A stretch of 32,364 bases of DNA from a virus (IMGVR_UViG_3300023371_004649), one strand, 5' to 3'; counted from the stretch's first letter, positions 9,102 through 18,971 are shown. Notes: generated by a model from the letters alone, not told the origin. Translations and numbers: made by a program.

Positions 9102-9314
9102 TTAGTTCAAGACGAAGTTAAATGCTTCGTCTATTGGTGCTGCCCCAAAATATTGATAATATAGAAAAATGTGATAAAAGACACCTAAATTCGCTGAAAA
9201 AATGTGAAAGTAGGTGTCTATATTTTTTATATCTCTTAACTTAATAGGTTTTATCCAAAATCAGCATAAGAAAAGGACCTGAAATTCAATCAGGTCCTTA
9301 ACTTAATACCATTG

Positions 9315-9324
9315 CTCTTAAGAG
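9315..9324. repeat. Target-site duplication, right copy (CTCTTAAGAG)
   Basis: Identical to 2946..2955; contains the stop codon of 9318..10025. Confidence 0.95.
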
Positions 9325-10025
9325 TGCTCTTCTTCTATTTCTGACAAAATTTCGAGAGTTTTAGTTTCTGAATTAAACCAAGTAGCATAAACTCCTTTAA
9401 CGGTTGTAGGATTCATGTCTTTGATGCGTTTAACTTCCTCTATGATATCTTCTTTAGAAGCATTTTCCCCAACAGAACTACTGCTTCCCCCACCAGATAC
9501 CATAGCAATATTTATAACGCCATACCCAGGAATCTCAATTTCCTCATAGCTTGCCTGTTTAAGAACCAACTTTTCGTCGTCACATTCGTCTTTAGCAATA
9601 TATCTGCTAAAACCATATAGCGATTCAGGCTCTTCATCTCCCATATAAAACACATCTCTGTATCCATCGGGTACTGCTTCCCCCAAAACGTCTTTGAGTA
9701 GTTTTTCGTACTCTTCGTTTCGACTAAAATTAAATCCACCCCAATTTTTGAAGATAGACAAGTACCCACCAGGGATTTCAGACAATTTCTTTTGCCAAAT
9801 AATATCTTTGCCCTTTGTAACAGCAAGAATACAACACTCTACATCGTATTCAATGTTATTAGTAATGACATTGTCATCTTCATCTCTGACAAGTCTGTAG
9901 TCATAGGAATAACCACATTCCATACAAAATTGAGTGTCTTCTCCTGTGCGGCAATTTAATTCCGCATAAAGAGCTCCCTCACTTTTACAGTAAGGACATG
10001 TTTCGTAACTTATACTTGAACTCAT
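9318..10025 (-). CDS. Hypothetical protein with N-terminal zinc ribbon
   Basis: CPYC...CMEC; RBS GGGAGG. Confidence 0.8.
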   Translation of the reverse strand: MSSSISYETCPYCKSEGALYAELNCRTGEDTQFCMECGYSYDYRLVRDEDDNVITNNIEYDVECCILAVTKGKDIIWQKKLSEIPGGYLSIFKNWGGFNFSRNEEYEKLLKDVLGEAVPDGYRDVFYMGDEEPESLYGFSRYIAKDECDDEKLVLKQASYEEIEIPGYGVINIAMVSGGGSSSSVGENASKEDIIEEVKRIKDMNPTTVKGVYATWFNSETKTLEILSEIEEEHS

Positions 10026-10106
10026 AATTTCCCTCCCATTTTTTTGTTACTTATTTTATTATATAAAAATTAACAATTAAAAATTTTAAAAAACAATAAA
10101 AACCTA

Positions 10107-10135
10107 TTGACTTTTATTTGTAAATATGTTATAAT
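10107..10135 (+). promoter_or_regulatory. Sigma-A promoter, extended -10
   Basis: TTGACT-17 bp-TATAAT with TG; AAATATGTTATAAT motif. Confidence 0.85.
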
Positions 10136-10140
10136 ATAAG

Positions 10141-10224
10141 TGTAAGATAGATGTTCTGTGAACGTCCTTTCTTTACTTGTGTGTGATAAAGAGCAGCGGT
10201 TGTACCATTGCTCTTTATTTTTTT
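10141..10224 (+). ncRNA. Standalone ~80-nt small RNA
   Basis: Lies between the strong promoter and terminator ATAAAGAGCA(10186-10195)/TGCTCTTTAT(10209-10218)+T6; the only ORF is 11 codons with no RBS. Confidence 0.65.
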
Positions 10225-10232
10225 GCAAAACA

Positions 10233-10260
10233 AAAAGTCGTTACACATGTAACGACTTTT
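10233..10260 (-). terminator. Terminator
   Basis: AAAAGTCGTTACA-ca-TGTAACGACTTTT. Confidence 0.8.
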
Positions 10261-10728
10261 TTATTTAACGCTTACAATGAAAGTTAATATATCATAATAA
10301 TCCCCAGAACCTTTAGAGGCAACCCTAAAATATAAATCCTGAGTAACTTCACCGTTATACTTTTCTCCCGAATTTACGGCCAAAATGATAGTATCTAAAT
10401 CTACCAAATATTTATTATTTGTTCCTATTTCATAAAAAATATAATTATTTTCTTCATTAATTTTATCAGCTCTCCAACCGCCATTATAGTTTTTACTAGA
10501 AAGAGAAATCTTTAAAACTTTATTATCAGAAATTAATACATCTTGAGCCGAAATATTAGTTATATACTCTTTAGATTCATCAAACGAAAACCCAGGAGGA
10601 ATTACAATAATGAAAGCCTCGTTTGCACCATATCTTATCGCCTCTTTATTTTCAGCAAATACGTCTAATGTAAAAAACGTATTAAGAATTAATACACATA
10701 AAATAATACTGGATAATAAGCGTTTCAT
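10261..10728 (-). CDS. Secreted protein, probable beta-sandwich fold
   Basis: Sec signal peptide (MKRLL…VFA); C-terminal GDYYDILTFIVSV strand typical of fimbrial/WxL-like folds. Confidence 0.7.
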   Translation of the reverse strand: MKRLLSSIILCVLILNTFFTLDVFAENKEAIRYGANEAFIIVIPPGFSFDESKEYITNISAQDVLISDNKVLKISLSSKNYNGGWRADKINEENNYIFYEIGTNNKYLVDLDTIILAVNSGEKYNGEVTQDLYFRVASKGSGDYYDILTFIVSVK

Positions 10729-10898
10729 GTCGTCAACTCCTTCCTAATTTAATTTATTATATCTCTTGTTCCTATTATACTGAAAAGAGCTCTAAAAATA
10801 CATGATAATTCGCTCTAAGACAAATAATATAAGTGTTTGACCCCCTCCTATAAGACAAAAAATAAAAAGTCTGGCTCATTTAAGAACCAGACTTTAAA

Positions 10899-11159
10899 TT
10901 ATAAACTATCTCGTGTTTTTTCATTGCAAAAAGTTGTAAGATTTTCAAGCGCCTCGTTAATACGACCCTCTTCATAAGGATAAATGAAATTTTCATAAAG
11001 TTCTGCATACTGTTCAGATGTACAACCAAGATTCTCCCATCTCATAATTTCGTAGAATTCTGCGAAATCTTTTTTCATTTGCAGCAGACTTTCCAATAGT
11101 TGCCGAGAATGCTCATCACACTTTTTACGAAGCTCTTTAGCACGTTCATACTTTTCCAT
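10899..11159 (-). CDS. Hypothetical protein, 86 aa
   Basis: AAGGAGG RBS; followed by a terminator hairpin near 10864-10894. Confidence 0.8.
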   Translation of the reverse strand: MEKYERAKELRKKCDEHSRQLLESLLQMKKDFAEFYEIMRWENLGCTSEQYAELYENFIYPYEEGRINEALENLTTFCNEKTRDSL

Positions 11160-11168
11160 ATTTCCTCC

Positions 11169-11462
11169 TTAATAACAAAAATCATCTGCGATTGCTCGCA
11201 CTTCATTTCCCTCTTTATCTTCAACGATAAGCCGTCTATAAATATTGCTATCGCTAGAAACCTTATATTCTCCAGAAATAAGCTTATTATAAACAGACTC
11301 TCTCATATACATTTCCATTTCAAAAGCCTGAGGATAATCGTCAAATGTCCCATAAACAATCTTAACTAAAGATTCTCCGCCAAACTTTTCTTTCAGTTTC
11401 TTATCGGGATACCACATTCTCCAAGTATTTGGATTGCGATTAATACTGCAAATACTACCCAT
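11169..11462 (-). CDS. Hypothetical protein, 97 aa
   Basis: AGGAGG RBS before ATG 11462; the ORF-track start at 11513 lies inside the promoter. Confidence 0.75.
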   Translation of the reverse strand: MGSICSINRNPNTWRMWYPDKKLKEKFGGESLVKIVYGTFDDYPQAFEMEMYMRESVYNKLISGEYKVSSDSNIYRRLIVEDKEGNEVRAIADDFCY

Positions 11463-11647
11463 ATTGCTTCCTCCTAGGTCATTTCTTCTATTAATATTAT
11501 AACATATTTTCAAAACAAAAACAATAGATTATAAATATTTTTATTTTAAAAATCGACAAAGTGGCGGTGAGTGATATTACAATTCATTTCGCCGCCACTT
11601 TAATAAAAAAATGACCAAGTCAAAAAACTTGGTCATTAATTATTTTA

Positions 11648-13972
11648 TTACCACTTCCAATTTTTAATTTCAGGCAAATCTTCGCCATATTCAGCAATAT
11701 ATTGTTTATGTTCAACTAATTTATCATTCATTTTTTGAATTAAACTAGCACCCTTATTACCTAACTGAGGAAGTTTGTAAATAACATTTTTAACTAAATT
11801 AAATCTGTCAATTTCGTTCTGAACACGCATATCAAATGCAGTAGTAATTGTACCTTCTTCGTTGTACCCCTTAACAACTAGATTTTTATTATTTCTAGTA
11901 TACGTTAATTCATGAATAAGCGTAGGATATCCATGGAAAGCAAATATAATAGGCTTATCCTTAGTGAAAATCATATCATATTCGTCATTAGTCAAACCAT
12001 GAGGATGCTGTTCGCTAGACTGCAGCTTAAATAAGTCAACAACATTTACAACTCGAATTTTAATATCGGGGAATTCCTCTCTTAAAATCTTTACAGCAGC
12101 CAAAGTTTCTAAAGTAGGAGTTTCTCCTGCACAAGCCATAACAACATCAGGCTCTTGTCCTTCATCATTGGACGCCCACTGCCAAATACCAATACCTTGA
12201 GTACAATGTTTAACTGCTTCATCCATAGACAACCACTGAGGACGAGCATGCTTAGAAGTTACCAAAACATTTACATAGTTCTTACTTCTGATACAATGGT
12301 CAAAGCAACTCAATAGGCAATTAGCATCAGGTGGTAAATACATACGAACAACATCTGCTTTCTTGTTCGCAATATGGTCCAAAAACCCAGGGTCCTGGTG
12401 AGTATAACCATTGTGGTCCTGTTGCCATACGTTAGAAGATAAAATTAAGTTCAGAGAAGCAATATCAGCTCTCCAGTTGAGGTCATTACAAACTTTTAAC
12501 CACTTAGCATGCTGAGCAGCCATAGAATCAATAATTCTAATAAACGCCTCATAGCTATTAAAGAAACCATGACGACCAGTTAGAACATAACCTTCCAACA
12601 TACCTTCACAAACATGCTCAGATAACATAGAGTCCATTACTCTGCCATCAACAGCAAGGAATTCGTCATTATCATACTTTTCGGCATTCCAAGAACGATT
12701 GGTAACTTCGAATACACTACCAAGTCTATTGGACATAGTTTCATCAGGCCCAAAAATCTTGAAATTGTTAGGATTGTTTTTGACAATATCACGAACAAAC
12801 TTACCCAATTCAATCATGTCCTGACCATCTTTTTCACCATGTTTGCCAATATCAAAAGCATAATCTTTAAAATCAGGGACGTTTAAGTCTCTTAGCAAAA
12901 GACCACCGTTTGCATGAGGATTAGCACCCATTCTACGATTCCCTTTAGGAGCCATATCCTTAATCCAAGAAACCACCTTGCCATCTTCAGTAAACAACTC
13001 TTCAGGCTTATAACTACGAAGCCAAGTTTCAAGTAGTTTTAAATGGCTCTTCTTATCCATAGTAATAGGAACCTGATGAGCACGGAATGTACCTTCAATT
13101 TCTTTCCCATCAACAATACTAGGCCCAGTCCATCCCTTAGGAGTACGAAGCACAATCATAGGATAATGAATATATTCTTCTGTTTTCTTTACTTTTTTAA
13201 TGTCCTTAACACAAGAATCTAATGCCTTCATCATTTTTTCATGCATATCCATAGGTTCTTCACCTTCGACGAAATAAACTTTCCAACCACAACCATGGAG
13301 ATAATCTTCTAATTCTTTTTCAGGAATACGAGCCAATAATGTAGGATTCGCAATTTTGTATCCATTTAAATGAAGAATCGGAAGAACAACACCATCAGTC
13401 TTAGGATTCAAAAATCTATTCAATTGCCAAGAAGTTGCTAAAGGACCAGTTTCAGATTCTCCATCTCCTACAACACATGCAGCAATAAGGTCTGGATTAT
13501 CTAACACTGCACCAAAAGCATGAACCAAAGAATAACCGAGTTCTCCTCCTTCATGAATAGAACCAGGAGTCTCTGGTGCTACATGACTTTGAATTCCACC
13601 AGGGAAAGAGAATTGCTTGAATAATTTTTGAAGGCCTTCCTTATCTTCAGTAATGTTAGGATATACTTCCGAATAAGTACCTTCTAAATAAGTATGGGCC
13701 ACCATAGCATTACCGCCATGTCCAGGTCCAGATAAATAAATCATATTCAAATCATTTTTGTTAATGATTCTATTCAAGTGTGTATAAATGAAGTTTTGGC
13801 CAGGAACTGTTCCCCAGTGTCCAACAATCTTCTTTTTAATATCTTCTGCTTTTAAAGGTCTCTCTAATAAAGGATTGTCTAATAAATATAACTGACAAGC
13901 AGATAAATAATTTGAAGCTCTCCAATAAGCATCTAACATTTGAGCTTCCGTCATATTCTTTTTCTGACTCAA
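11648..13972 (-). CDS. xfp: Phosphoketolase (xylulose-5-P/fructose-6-P)
   Basis: [50 protein letters not shown] (TPP-binding), [12 protein letters not shown]; RBS AAAGGAG favours TTG 13972. Confidence 0.95.
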   Translation of the reverse strand: MSQKKNMTEAQMLDAYWRASNYLSACQLYLLDNPLLERPLKAEDIKKKIVGHWGTVPGQNFIYTHLNRIINKNDLNMIYLSGPGHGGNAMVAHTYLEGTYSEVYPNITEDKEGLQKLFKQFSFPGGIQSHVAPETPGSIHEGGELGYSLVHAFGAVLDNPDLIAACVVGDGESETGPLATSWQLNRFLNPKTDGVVLPILHLNGYKIANPTLLARIPEKELEDYLHGCGWKVYFVEGEEPMDMHEKMMKALDSCVKDIKKVKKTEEYIHYPMIVLRTPKGWTGPSIVDGKEIEGTFRAHQVPITMDKKSHLKLLETWLRSYKPEELFTEDGKVVSWIKDMAPKGNRRMGANPHANGGLLLRDLNVPDFKDYAFDIGKHGEKDGQDMIELGKFVRDIVKNNPNNFKIFGPDETMSNRLGSVFEVTNRSWNAEKYDNDEFLAVDGRVMDSMLSEHVCEGMLEGYVLTGRHGFFNSYEAFIRIIDSMAAQHAKWLKVCNDLNWRADIASLNLILSSNVWQQDHNGYTHQDPGFLDHIANKKADVVRMYLPPDANCLLSCFDHCIRSKNYVNVLVTSKHARPQWLSMDEAVKHCTQGIGIWQWASNDEGQEPDVVMACAGETPTLETLAAVKILREEFPDIKIRVVNVVDLFKLQSSEQHPHGLTNDEYDMIFTKDKPIIFAFHGYPTLIHELTYTRNNKNLVVKGYNEEGTITTAFDMRVQNEIDRFNLVKNVIYKLPQLGNKGASLIQKMNDKLVEHKQYIAEYGEDLPEIKNWKW

Positions 13973-14108
13973 AAGTAATTCTCCTTTCAATAAAAATATG
14001 TATTATTTTTGAATTTTTTATGTTCTTTATATTAACATCACTATTTAGTCTATTACCCATTTTTACGAAATATAATCTTGAAAAAGCCAATAAAACAGGT
14101 GAAAAGCC

Positions 14109-14753
14109 TTACTTTTCCCCTGTAATTATTTCGTTAAGAACTGGTCCAAGTTTTTTATACAAAACAGAATCTTGACCAAGAATTGTGAAATCGTCTTCAA
14201 TTTCTTTTGCCGAAACAATTTTAATAATCTTAAATTTTAGAGCTCTTAAGGAACAAAAAGAAGCTACCCCATATCCCTCCATATCAAGATAAACATTATT
14301 TATTCTAGATAATAAAATATCGTTATATATCATATCTTGATTTGTTTCTTCTTGGCATGTTATTAATAGCCCATTTTCATCCCAAACCCCACTATTTAAC
14401 CCAGCATCGTCATAATGATATAATTCTGGTTTGTACTTGAACGAATAGTTTATAATACTTTTGTCAAACTCGACAACATCCCCAATATTATAATTCCCTT
14501 TAATACAAGCACAAATTCCAATATTATAAAGTTTATCACAAAAGAACCATTCTCGTAATCTTGAAGCAGCAATAATAGCATTATTTATGCCTATTCCTGA
14601 AATTGAAACAAAAATTCTTTTGTTTTTTGTTTCATATCTATAAATATTATCATATATTTTGGTTATATTATAAGAAGGCAGATATTCCTTCATAATTTGC
14701 ATAATGTGATTAGCCTCAGCCACTGTGGATATAATTAATCCATAATGCTCCAC
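14109..14753 (-). CDS. MTA/SAH nucleosidase-like (nucleoside phosphorylase fold)
   Basis: SGIGINNA, NIGIC, GDVV, DMEGYGVA..C, IKIVS; RBS AAAGGAG favours GTG 14753. Confidence 0.75.
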   Translation of the reverse strand: MEHYGLIISTVAEANHIMQIMKEYLPSYNITKIYDNIYRYETKNKRIFVSISGIGINNAIIAASRLREWFFCDKLYNIGICACIKGNYNIGDVVEFDKSIINYSFKYKPELYHYDDAGLNSGVWDENGLLITCQEETNQDMIYNDILLSRINNVYLDMEGYGVASFCSLRALKFKIIKIVSAKEIEDDFTILGQDSVLYKKLGPVLNEIITGEK

Positions 14754-14858
14754 TTCATCAACTCCTTTCGACTTTATATCTGGAGTATACCCCATTTTTT
14801 ATTAAAAACAATGGGCAAATATATCTATAACCCTCTTAAAGAAGTCTAACCAGAAAAA

Positions 14859-14888
14859 AACTCCTACTCAGATATCTGAGTAGGAGTT
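14859..14888. terminator. Perfect 30-bp palindrome / terminator
   Basis: AACTCCTACTCAGAT-ATCTGAGTAGGAGTT. Confidence 0.75.
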
Positions 14889-14890
14889 AA

Positions 14891-15244
14891 TTATTCGCCT
14901 AATATAGTGGTTATGATTTCGCATTTAGCCGTTATATGCTCATCTTCAAGCACAATATGTTCTTTCCAAGCTCCATTAGTAGCGGCAATAGCTATAGGAA
15001 ATTCTCTGGCAGACATACGATATCTATCGACTAAAGGAATTAATTCAGTATATTCTGGTCTAAGAATAGTAGAATCTACAACTTGTACACCACCATGTGT
15101 ATTGCTTATCCCAAATACCGTTAGCAAAAAACTAAAAATAGATTCAAATATCTCTAAATTTGTAACATCACTTTCGGCAATAAACGAATAATCTAACTTA
15201 TGGTCACCCGAAATAAAAGCAGTTCTAATCAGATATTTTTTCAA
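14891..15244 (-). CDS. Hypothetical protein, 117 aa
   Basis: Co-oriented ORF overlapping the stop of the upstream gene; GGTGGTGA RBS. Confidence 0.7.
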   Translation of the reverse strand: MKKYLIRTAFISGDHKLDYSFIAESDVTNLEIFESIFSFLLTVFGISNTHGGVQVVDSTILRPEYTELIPLVDRYRMSAREFPIAIAATNGAWKEHIVLEDEHITAKCEIITTILGE

Positions 15245-15944
15245 ATACTTTCACCACCTTTTTTGGCTCTTCTTTTATAACTCTTAGTTTATTTTTACAC
15301 ATAAACTCTTTACAGTTTTTACATCTTAAATTTTCATTTGTATTATCGTGAAAACGTTCGGGATATTTATGATGCATAATTTCCCAAACAGCAAGGACTA
15401 CAAAAGACATGCCAACTAAAGAGTAGTTATAAATATTTGGAATAGCTATCAACGGTGTAAACATCATAGCAAAATCCCAATTATATATCCTACAGGTATT
15501 ACAACATTTATTTCTCATTAGCCATTTCTGAAATGGGCAGAAAAACAAAACACAAACCAAATCACAAACAGCAAAAAACATAGATAACATAAGCATAAAA
15601 TCTTTATCTATGATTTTTGAAAAATACAAAGTGAAGAATATAGAGTTAAAAGATACCCAAGCAATGGCTACAATTATTGCAGATTTATTATCTTTTGTAG
15701 CTCGCCCATTCCCAGGTATGTAATTTCTCTTAAAAATCTTTTGATTGCCCATACTTTCAATCTTTTTAGGTACAAGACGAACAATCATTTTAACATAAAA
15801 GAAAATCCAAATAATGGCGTATGTTATACATTTAATAATTGGATTTTCTGATAATTTATCTATTGTATGAGTAGTAACTGTCAGAGCAAAAATTGCAGCT
15901 CTAACAGCAAGCTCTATCCAATGATTTTTAGTTATTTGAGACAT
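15225..15944 (-). CDS. Cys-rich integral membrane protein
   Basis: About 6 TM segments; FFCPFQ.W.M.NKCC.TCRIYNWD..MMFTPL and PERF motifs, recalled from uncharacterised clostridial proteins. Confidence 0.8.
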   Translation of the reverse strand: MSQITKNHWIELAVRAAIFALTVTTHTIDKLSENPIIKCITYAIIWIFFYVKMIVRLVPKKIESMGNQKIFKRNYIPGNGRATKDNKSAIIVAIAWVSFNSIFFTLYFSKIIDKDFMLMLSMFFAVCDLVCVLFFCPFQKWLMRNKCCNTCRIYNWDFAMMFTPLIAIPNIYNYSLVGMSFVVLAVWEIMHHKYPERFHDNTNENLRCKNCKEFMCKNKLRVIKEEPKKVVKVFEKISD

Positions 15945-15973
15945 CTCTTATCCCCTCCAATACTGATTATATC

Positions 15974-16159
15974 TTACTTTTTAATATTTTCAGATATAAC
16001 CTCATCGGGAGCGATAACATATCTTTTAATATACCCCTTAGACTTCCACTCTTCTGCCAGCTTCTGTAAATCTTTTTGCATTTCTAAGTCTGCATCCACG
16101 TTAGTAATTACATTATCAGAAGCAAAAAGATAAGAAATTAACATATTCCCCTTTTCCAT
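15974..16159 (-). CDS. Hypothetical protein, 61 aa
   Basis: GGAGGAG RBS; in the leftward gene run. Confidence 0.7.
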   Translation of the reverse strand: MEKGNMLISYLFASDNVITNVDADLEMQKDLQKLAEEWKSKGYIKRYVIAPDEVISENIKK

Positions 16160-16184
16160 ATTTACTCCTCCACAGTTATATTTT

Positions 16185-16730
16185 CTATTTATCTAAAATT
16201 ACCACCTGATTAATAATCTCCTGAGTGATAATACCAGTATCTTTTGTTAATTCGTATAGTTTTTCAAGGTCAGCGTCTTCTTTTTGAACTTTAACCTGAA
16301 TCCACTTAGGCTCATTAGGACGATAATCCAACCATGTCTTAGGAGGACGGCTAAGTGCTAAATGAAACATAGCAACAATACGCTCTCCCGCTTCCTTACT
16401 CTTAACAAACCCAGACAGGTCATAACCAATACCACGAGGTCTCCAAAATTCTCCGCCAGCATCAGGCCGCACGTCAGGGGCTTTATAAGAGTGCTTAGGA
16501 ATCCCGATACGAGGATGCTTAATAGCTCTAACACATTCAGCAGGATTATCCCCATACCCAATCTTGAGAGTGGATACATCCATATCATCAGGAAGAAGCA
16601 TGAAATTAATTTCACATTCTCCGCAAGTGACAGGAACCTGATTCCCGACTCTCATATTAGAATGTACATAATCACAACCACAATTTGGACATCCAAACTG
16701 TTCAAAATCATTCCAATGAATACCGTACAT
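16185..16730 (-). CDS. Hypothetical protein with CxxC zinc-binding pairs
   Basis: CPNC…CGEC; AAGGAGG RBS. Confidence 0.8.
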   Translation of the reverse strand: MYGIHWNDFEQFGCPNCGCDYVHSNMRVGNQVPVTCGECEINFMLLPDDMDVSTLKIGYGDNPAECVRAIKHPRIGIPKHSYKAPDVRPDAGGEFWRPRGIGYDLSGFVKSKEAGERIVAMFHLALSRPPKTWLDYRPNEPKWIQVKVQKEDADLEKLYELTKDTGIITQEIINQVVILDK

Positions 16731-16741
16731 GTCTATCCTCC

Positions 16742-17083
16742 TTAAAATTTATATTCGGAAGCACACTGGTCGCAAACCTTAAGAGTCCCTTCACCAATAT
16801 AGACCCCACAAACTTCACAATAACCAGGCTTCTTTTTATTGAGTTCATTTTCTAAAATTATCTGCTTTTCCTTTTCAGCCTGTTCTAAATCAATGCCGAA
16901 AAATTCGGCAAGAATCTTTTCGTTATTGATATAATCCGAAGTCCCCATAGGATAAAAAGGTTCATCTCGAGAAACCTTCCTATCAAACATATCATATTTC
17001 GCCTTTAAAAAGTCCAAAAATTCTCCACAAACCTGAGACTGGTCTTTTACTTCAAGCATTTTGTCAAGCATAGGTGTTTTCAT
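16742..17083 (-). CDS. Hypothetical protein with C-terminal zinc finger
   Basis: CEVC…CDQC; GGAGGAG RBS. Confidence 0.8.
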   Translation of the reverse strand: MKTPMLDKMLEVKDQSQVCGEFLDFLKAKYDMFDRKVSRDEPFYPMGTSDYINNEKILAEFFGIDLEQAEKEKQIILENELNKKKPGYCEVCGVYIGEGTLKVCDQCASEYKF

Positions 17084-17097
17084 ATTTTACTCCTCCG

Positions 17098-17685
17098 TTA
17101 TCTCTTTTTAAAGACCCTAGCATAAAGAATACACTTAATCTTTTCTCGAAGCATAATATCTTCAATTCCATTAAGAACATTTTCGATTTCCCGCTCATCA
17201 AGAACAAGAGTTCTGTCACTATAACCCCAGTACTTATCATATCTAATAGGAGTAGGAACTCCAGGATACTCTACGATATCATAAATATTGAAAATTTCTT
17301 CAATATTCTTCAACATTTCATCAGAAATACCACGTGCATGTAACCACTCAATCAAATCCTTAGTAGCTTCCACATAATTTTCGTTAATAGTAACTTCAGG
17401 ACTAATAATATCGTTAGTATTAATCCTTAAAATCGTTTCGTCATCAACATTTACATTGCTACTTTTCAAAGAAATTTTGGAACCATCTGCAAATTTTACA
17501 GTCTTAGTAACCCAGAAAGAGTAGTATTCAATAATGTCTACAATATCATCTCTGTTAGTAAAATATTTAGCAAAAGAACGATAAGCACTATCTTCGTCTT
17601 CTTTGCCAGTAGTAATTACTTTTAGTTTATATCCATCTAAAAGAGCCAATAGGCCTTCAAGATTATAACAAATTTTCTGCTTCAT
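17098..17685 (-). CDS. Hypothetical protein, 195 aa
   Basis: AAGGAG RBS; in the leftward run. Confidence 0.8.
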   Translation of the reverse strand: MKQKICYNLEGLLALLDGYKLKVITTGKEDEDSAYRSFAKYFTNRDDIVDIIEYYSFWVTKTVKFADGSKISLKSSNVNVDDETILRINTNDIISPEVTINENYVEATKDLIEWLHARGISDEMLKNIEEIFNIYDIVEYPGVPTPIRYDKYWGYSDRTLVLDEREIENVLNGIEDIMLREKIKCILYARVFKKR

Positions 17686-17697
17686 ATTTCTTCTCCT

Positions 17698-18066
17698 TTA
17701 TTCAAGTTTTAGAGGAGGATAAGGACCTTCCCCATTATCATAAACCTTTGTCCAAGTATATGCTGCAACAATTTCGTAATACACACAAATTTCTCCAACC
17801 TCATAATTCTCAAATAGTTGAGGGTATTTCTTTTTGCCTTCTTCAGTAACAATGCATCCAATACCTAATTGTTCATTACCGAATTCAACAACTTCATCAA
17901 GAGAAACTTTTTCAAGGACAGCATATTCATCCTTGATTACATCGGGGTCATAACAAAAATCAATTCTATTACGGTCTAATTCTACAAAACCATAACGATT
18001 ATGTGTGGTTTGAACAACCATCCCCTGCTTCAGGTCACTTTTCTTCATATATATAAAACCTCTCAA
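17698..18066 (-). CDS. Hypothetical protein, ~116-122 aa
   Basis: First gene after the promoter at 18088-18116; the start may be the second Met (MKKSDL). Confidence 0.75.
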   Translation of the reverse strand: MRGFIYMKKSDLKQGMVVQTTHNRYGFVELDRNRIDFCYDPDVIKDEYAVLEKVSLDEVVEFGNEQLGIGCIVTEEGKKKYPQLFENYEVGEICVYYEIVAAYTWTKVYDNGEGPYPPLKLE

Positions 18067-18155
18067 AAAACTTATTTTAGTATTTCTATTATAACATATT
18101 TTTTAATATTTGTAAAGAAAAAGGCCAAATTCCATTTGGAATTTGGCCTTAAATA

Positions 18156-18932
18156 TTATTTTTCTTCGAAATGAATACGGTTTTCTACATAATCTCTATC
18201 AGCAGAGATAATAGGCATTTCATAATCGATGTACCATTTACCATTTTCGTCTCTAACACATGCCGAACCACGTTTACAAGGAACAGGAAGTTCATTCCAA
18301 TTTACGCCCTTTTCAGTAAACATCTTGTCCTGAAGCTTCTTAGTGGAAATGCCGTTGATTTCCTTCTGCTTATAAAGGGACTGAGCAAGCATCTGAATCG
18401 AATTCTTTTCAGCATCTTTCTGTCTCCAAAGAACATTGTTGCAAACATCATCAACTGGAACATTAAATGCTCGACAATCAAAATCTGCACAGAAGAATTT
18501 ACGAGTATAAACATCAAACCTTTTGCCTACATTTTCAGGCTTTACCATCTCTTCGTTAACTGTCTCAATAAAAAACTTATTGAAATAACGAGAAGCCATA
18601 GAAGCACCTACACTACAAAGCTTTTCAAGACGATAATCAAACCAAGCAGCAGTATCAAGGGTCTGATAATCACAGAGTACAAGAGTAATTTCATCACTCT
18701 GTACATAACCCAAAACTACTCCCTGAATAGATTCACAAAGCGCCTTCATAGTCTTTTGCATAGTAGCCATAAAAACCTTATCAAAAGGCTTCTCAAATCC
18801 ACGAGTAAGAGTGTGAAATGCATTTCCGTCAATACGCATCACTACTGGGCAACGTCTCATAAGTGAAATATTGGTAACAGCTTCATATCTCTTCTGCCTA
18901 TCACCAAATGCATCTTTATATTTCTTAGCCAT
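18156..18932 (-). CDS. thg1: tRNA-His guanylyltransferase / Thg1-like 3'-5' polymerase
   Basis: RIDGNAFH, YVQSDEITL, FDYR.EK..S..AS, FDCRAFNVP, WRQ.DA.KNSI. Confidence 0.93.
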   Translation of the reverse strand: MAKKYKDAFGDRQKRYEAVTNISLMRRCPVVMRIDGNAFHTLTRGFEKPFDKVFMATMQKTMKALCESIQGVVLGYVQSDEITLVLCDYQTLDTAAWFDYRLEKLCSVGASMASRYFNKFFIETVNEEMVKPENVGKRFDVYTRKFFCADFDCRAFNVPVDDVCNNVLWRQKDAEKNSIQMLAQSLYKQKEINGISTKKLQDKMFTEKGVNWNELPVPCKRGSACVRDENGKWYIDYEMPIISADRDYVENRIHFEEK

Positions 18933-18971
18933 AATAACTATATCTCCTTAATTAATGTTTTATTTTTTGTT

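Larger units (their letters stand above)
2956..9314 (+). mobile_element. IS4-family cargo (transporter) transposon, 6,359 bp
   Basis: Left TIR CAATGTCATTAAGTTAAG (2956-2973); right TIR reverse complement CAATGGTATTAAGTTAAG (9297-9314), 16/18 identical; 10-bp direct repeat on both sides; a single IS4 transposase inside. Confidence 0.93.

Noticed and set aside
9040-9314. Hairpin series as a possible CRISPR or tRNA
   Set aside because: No identical direct repeats with spacers and no cloverleaf or T-loop motifs.
18171-18866. 231-aa plus-strand ORF
   Set aside because: Antisense shadow of thg1; no RBS or motifs.
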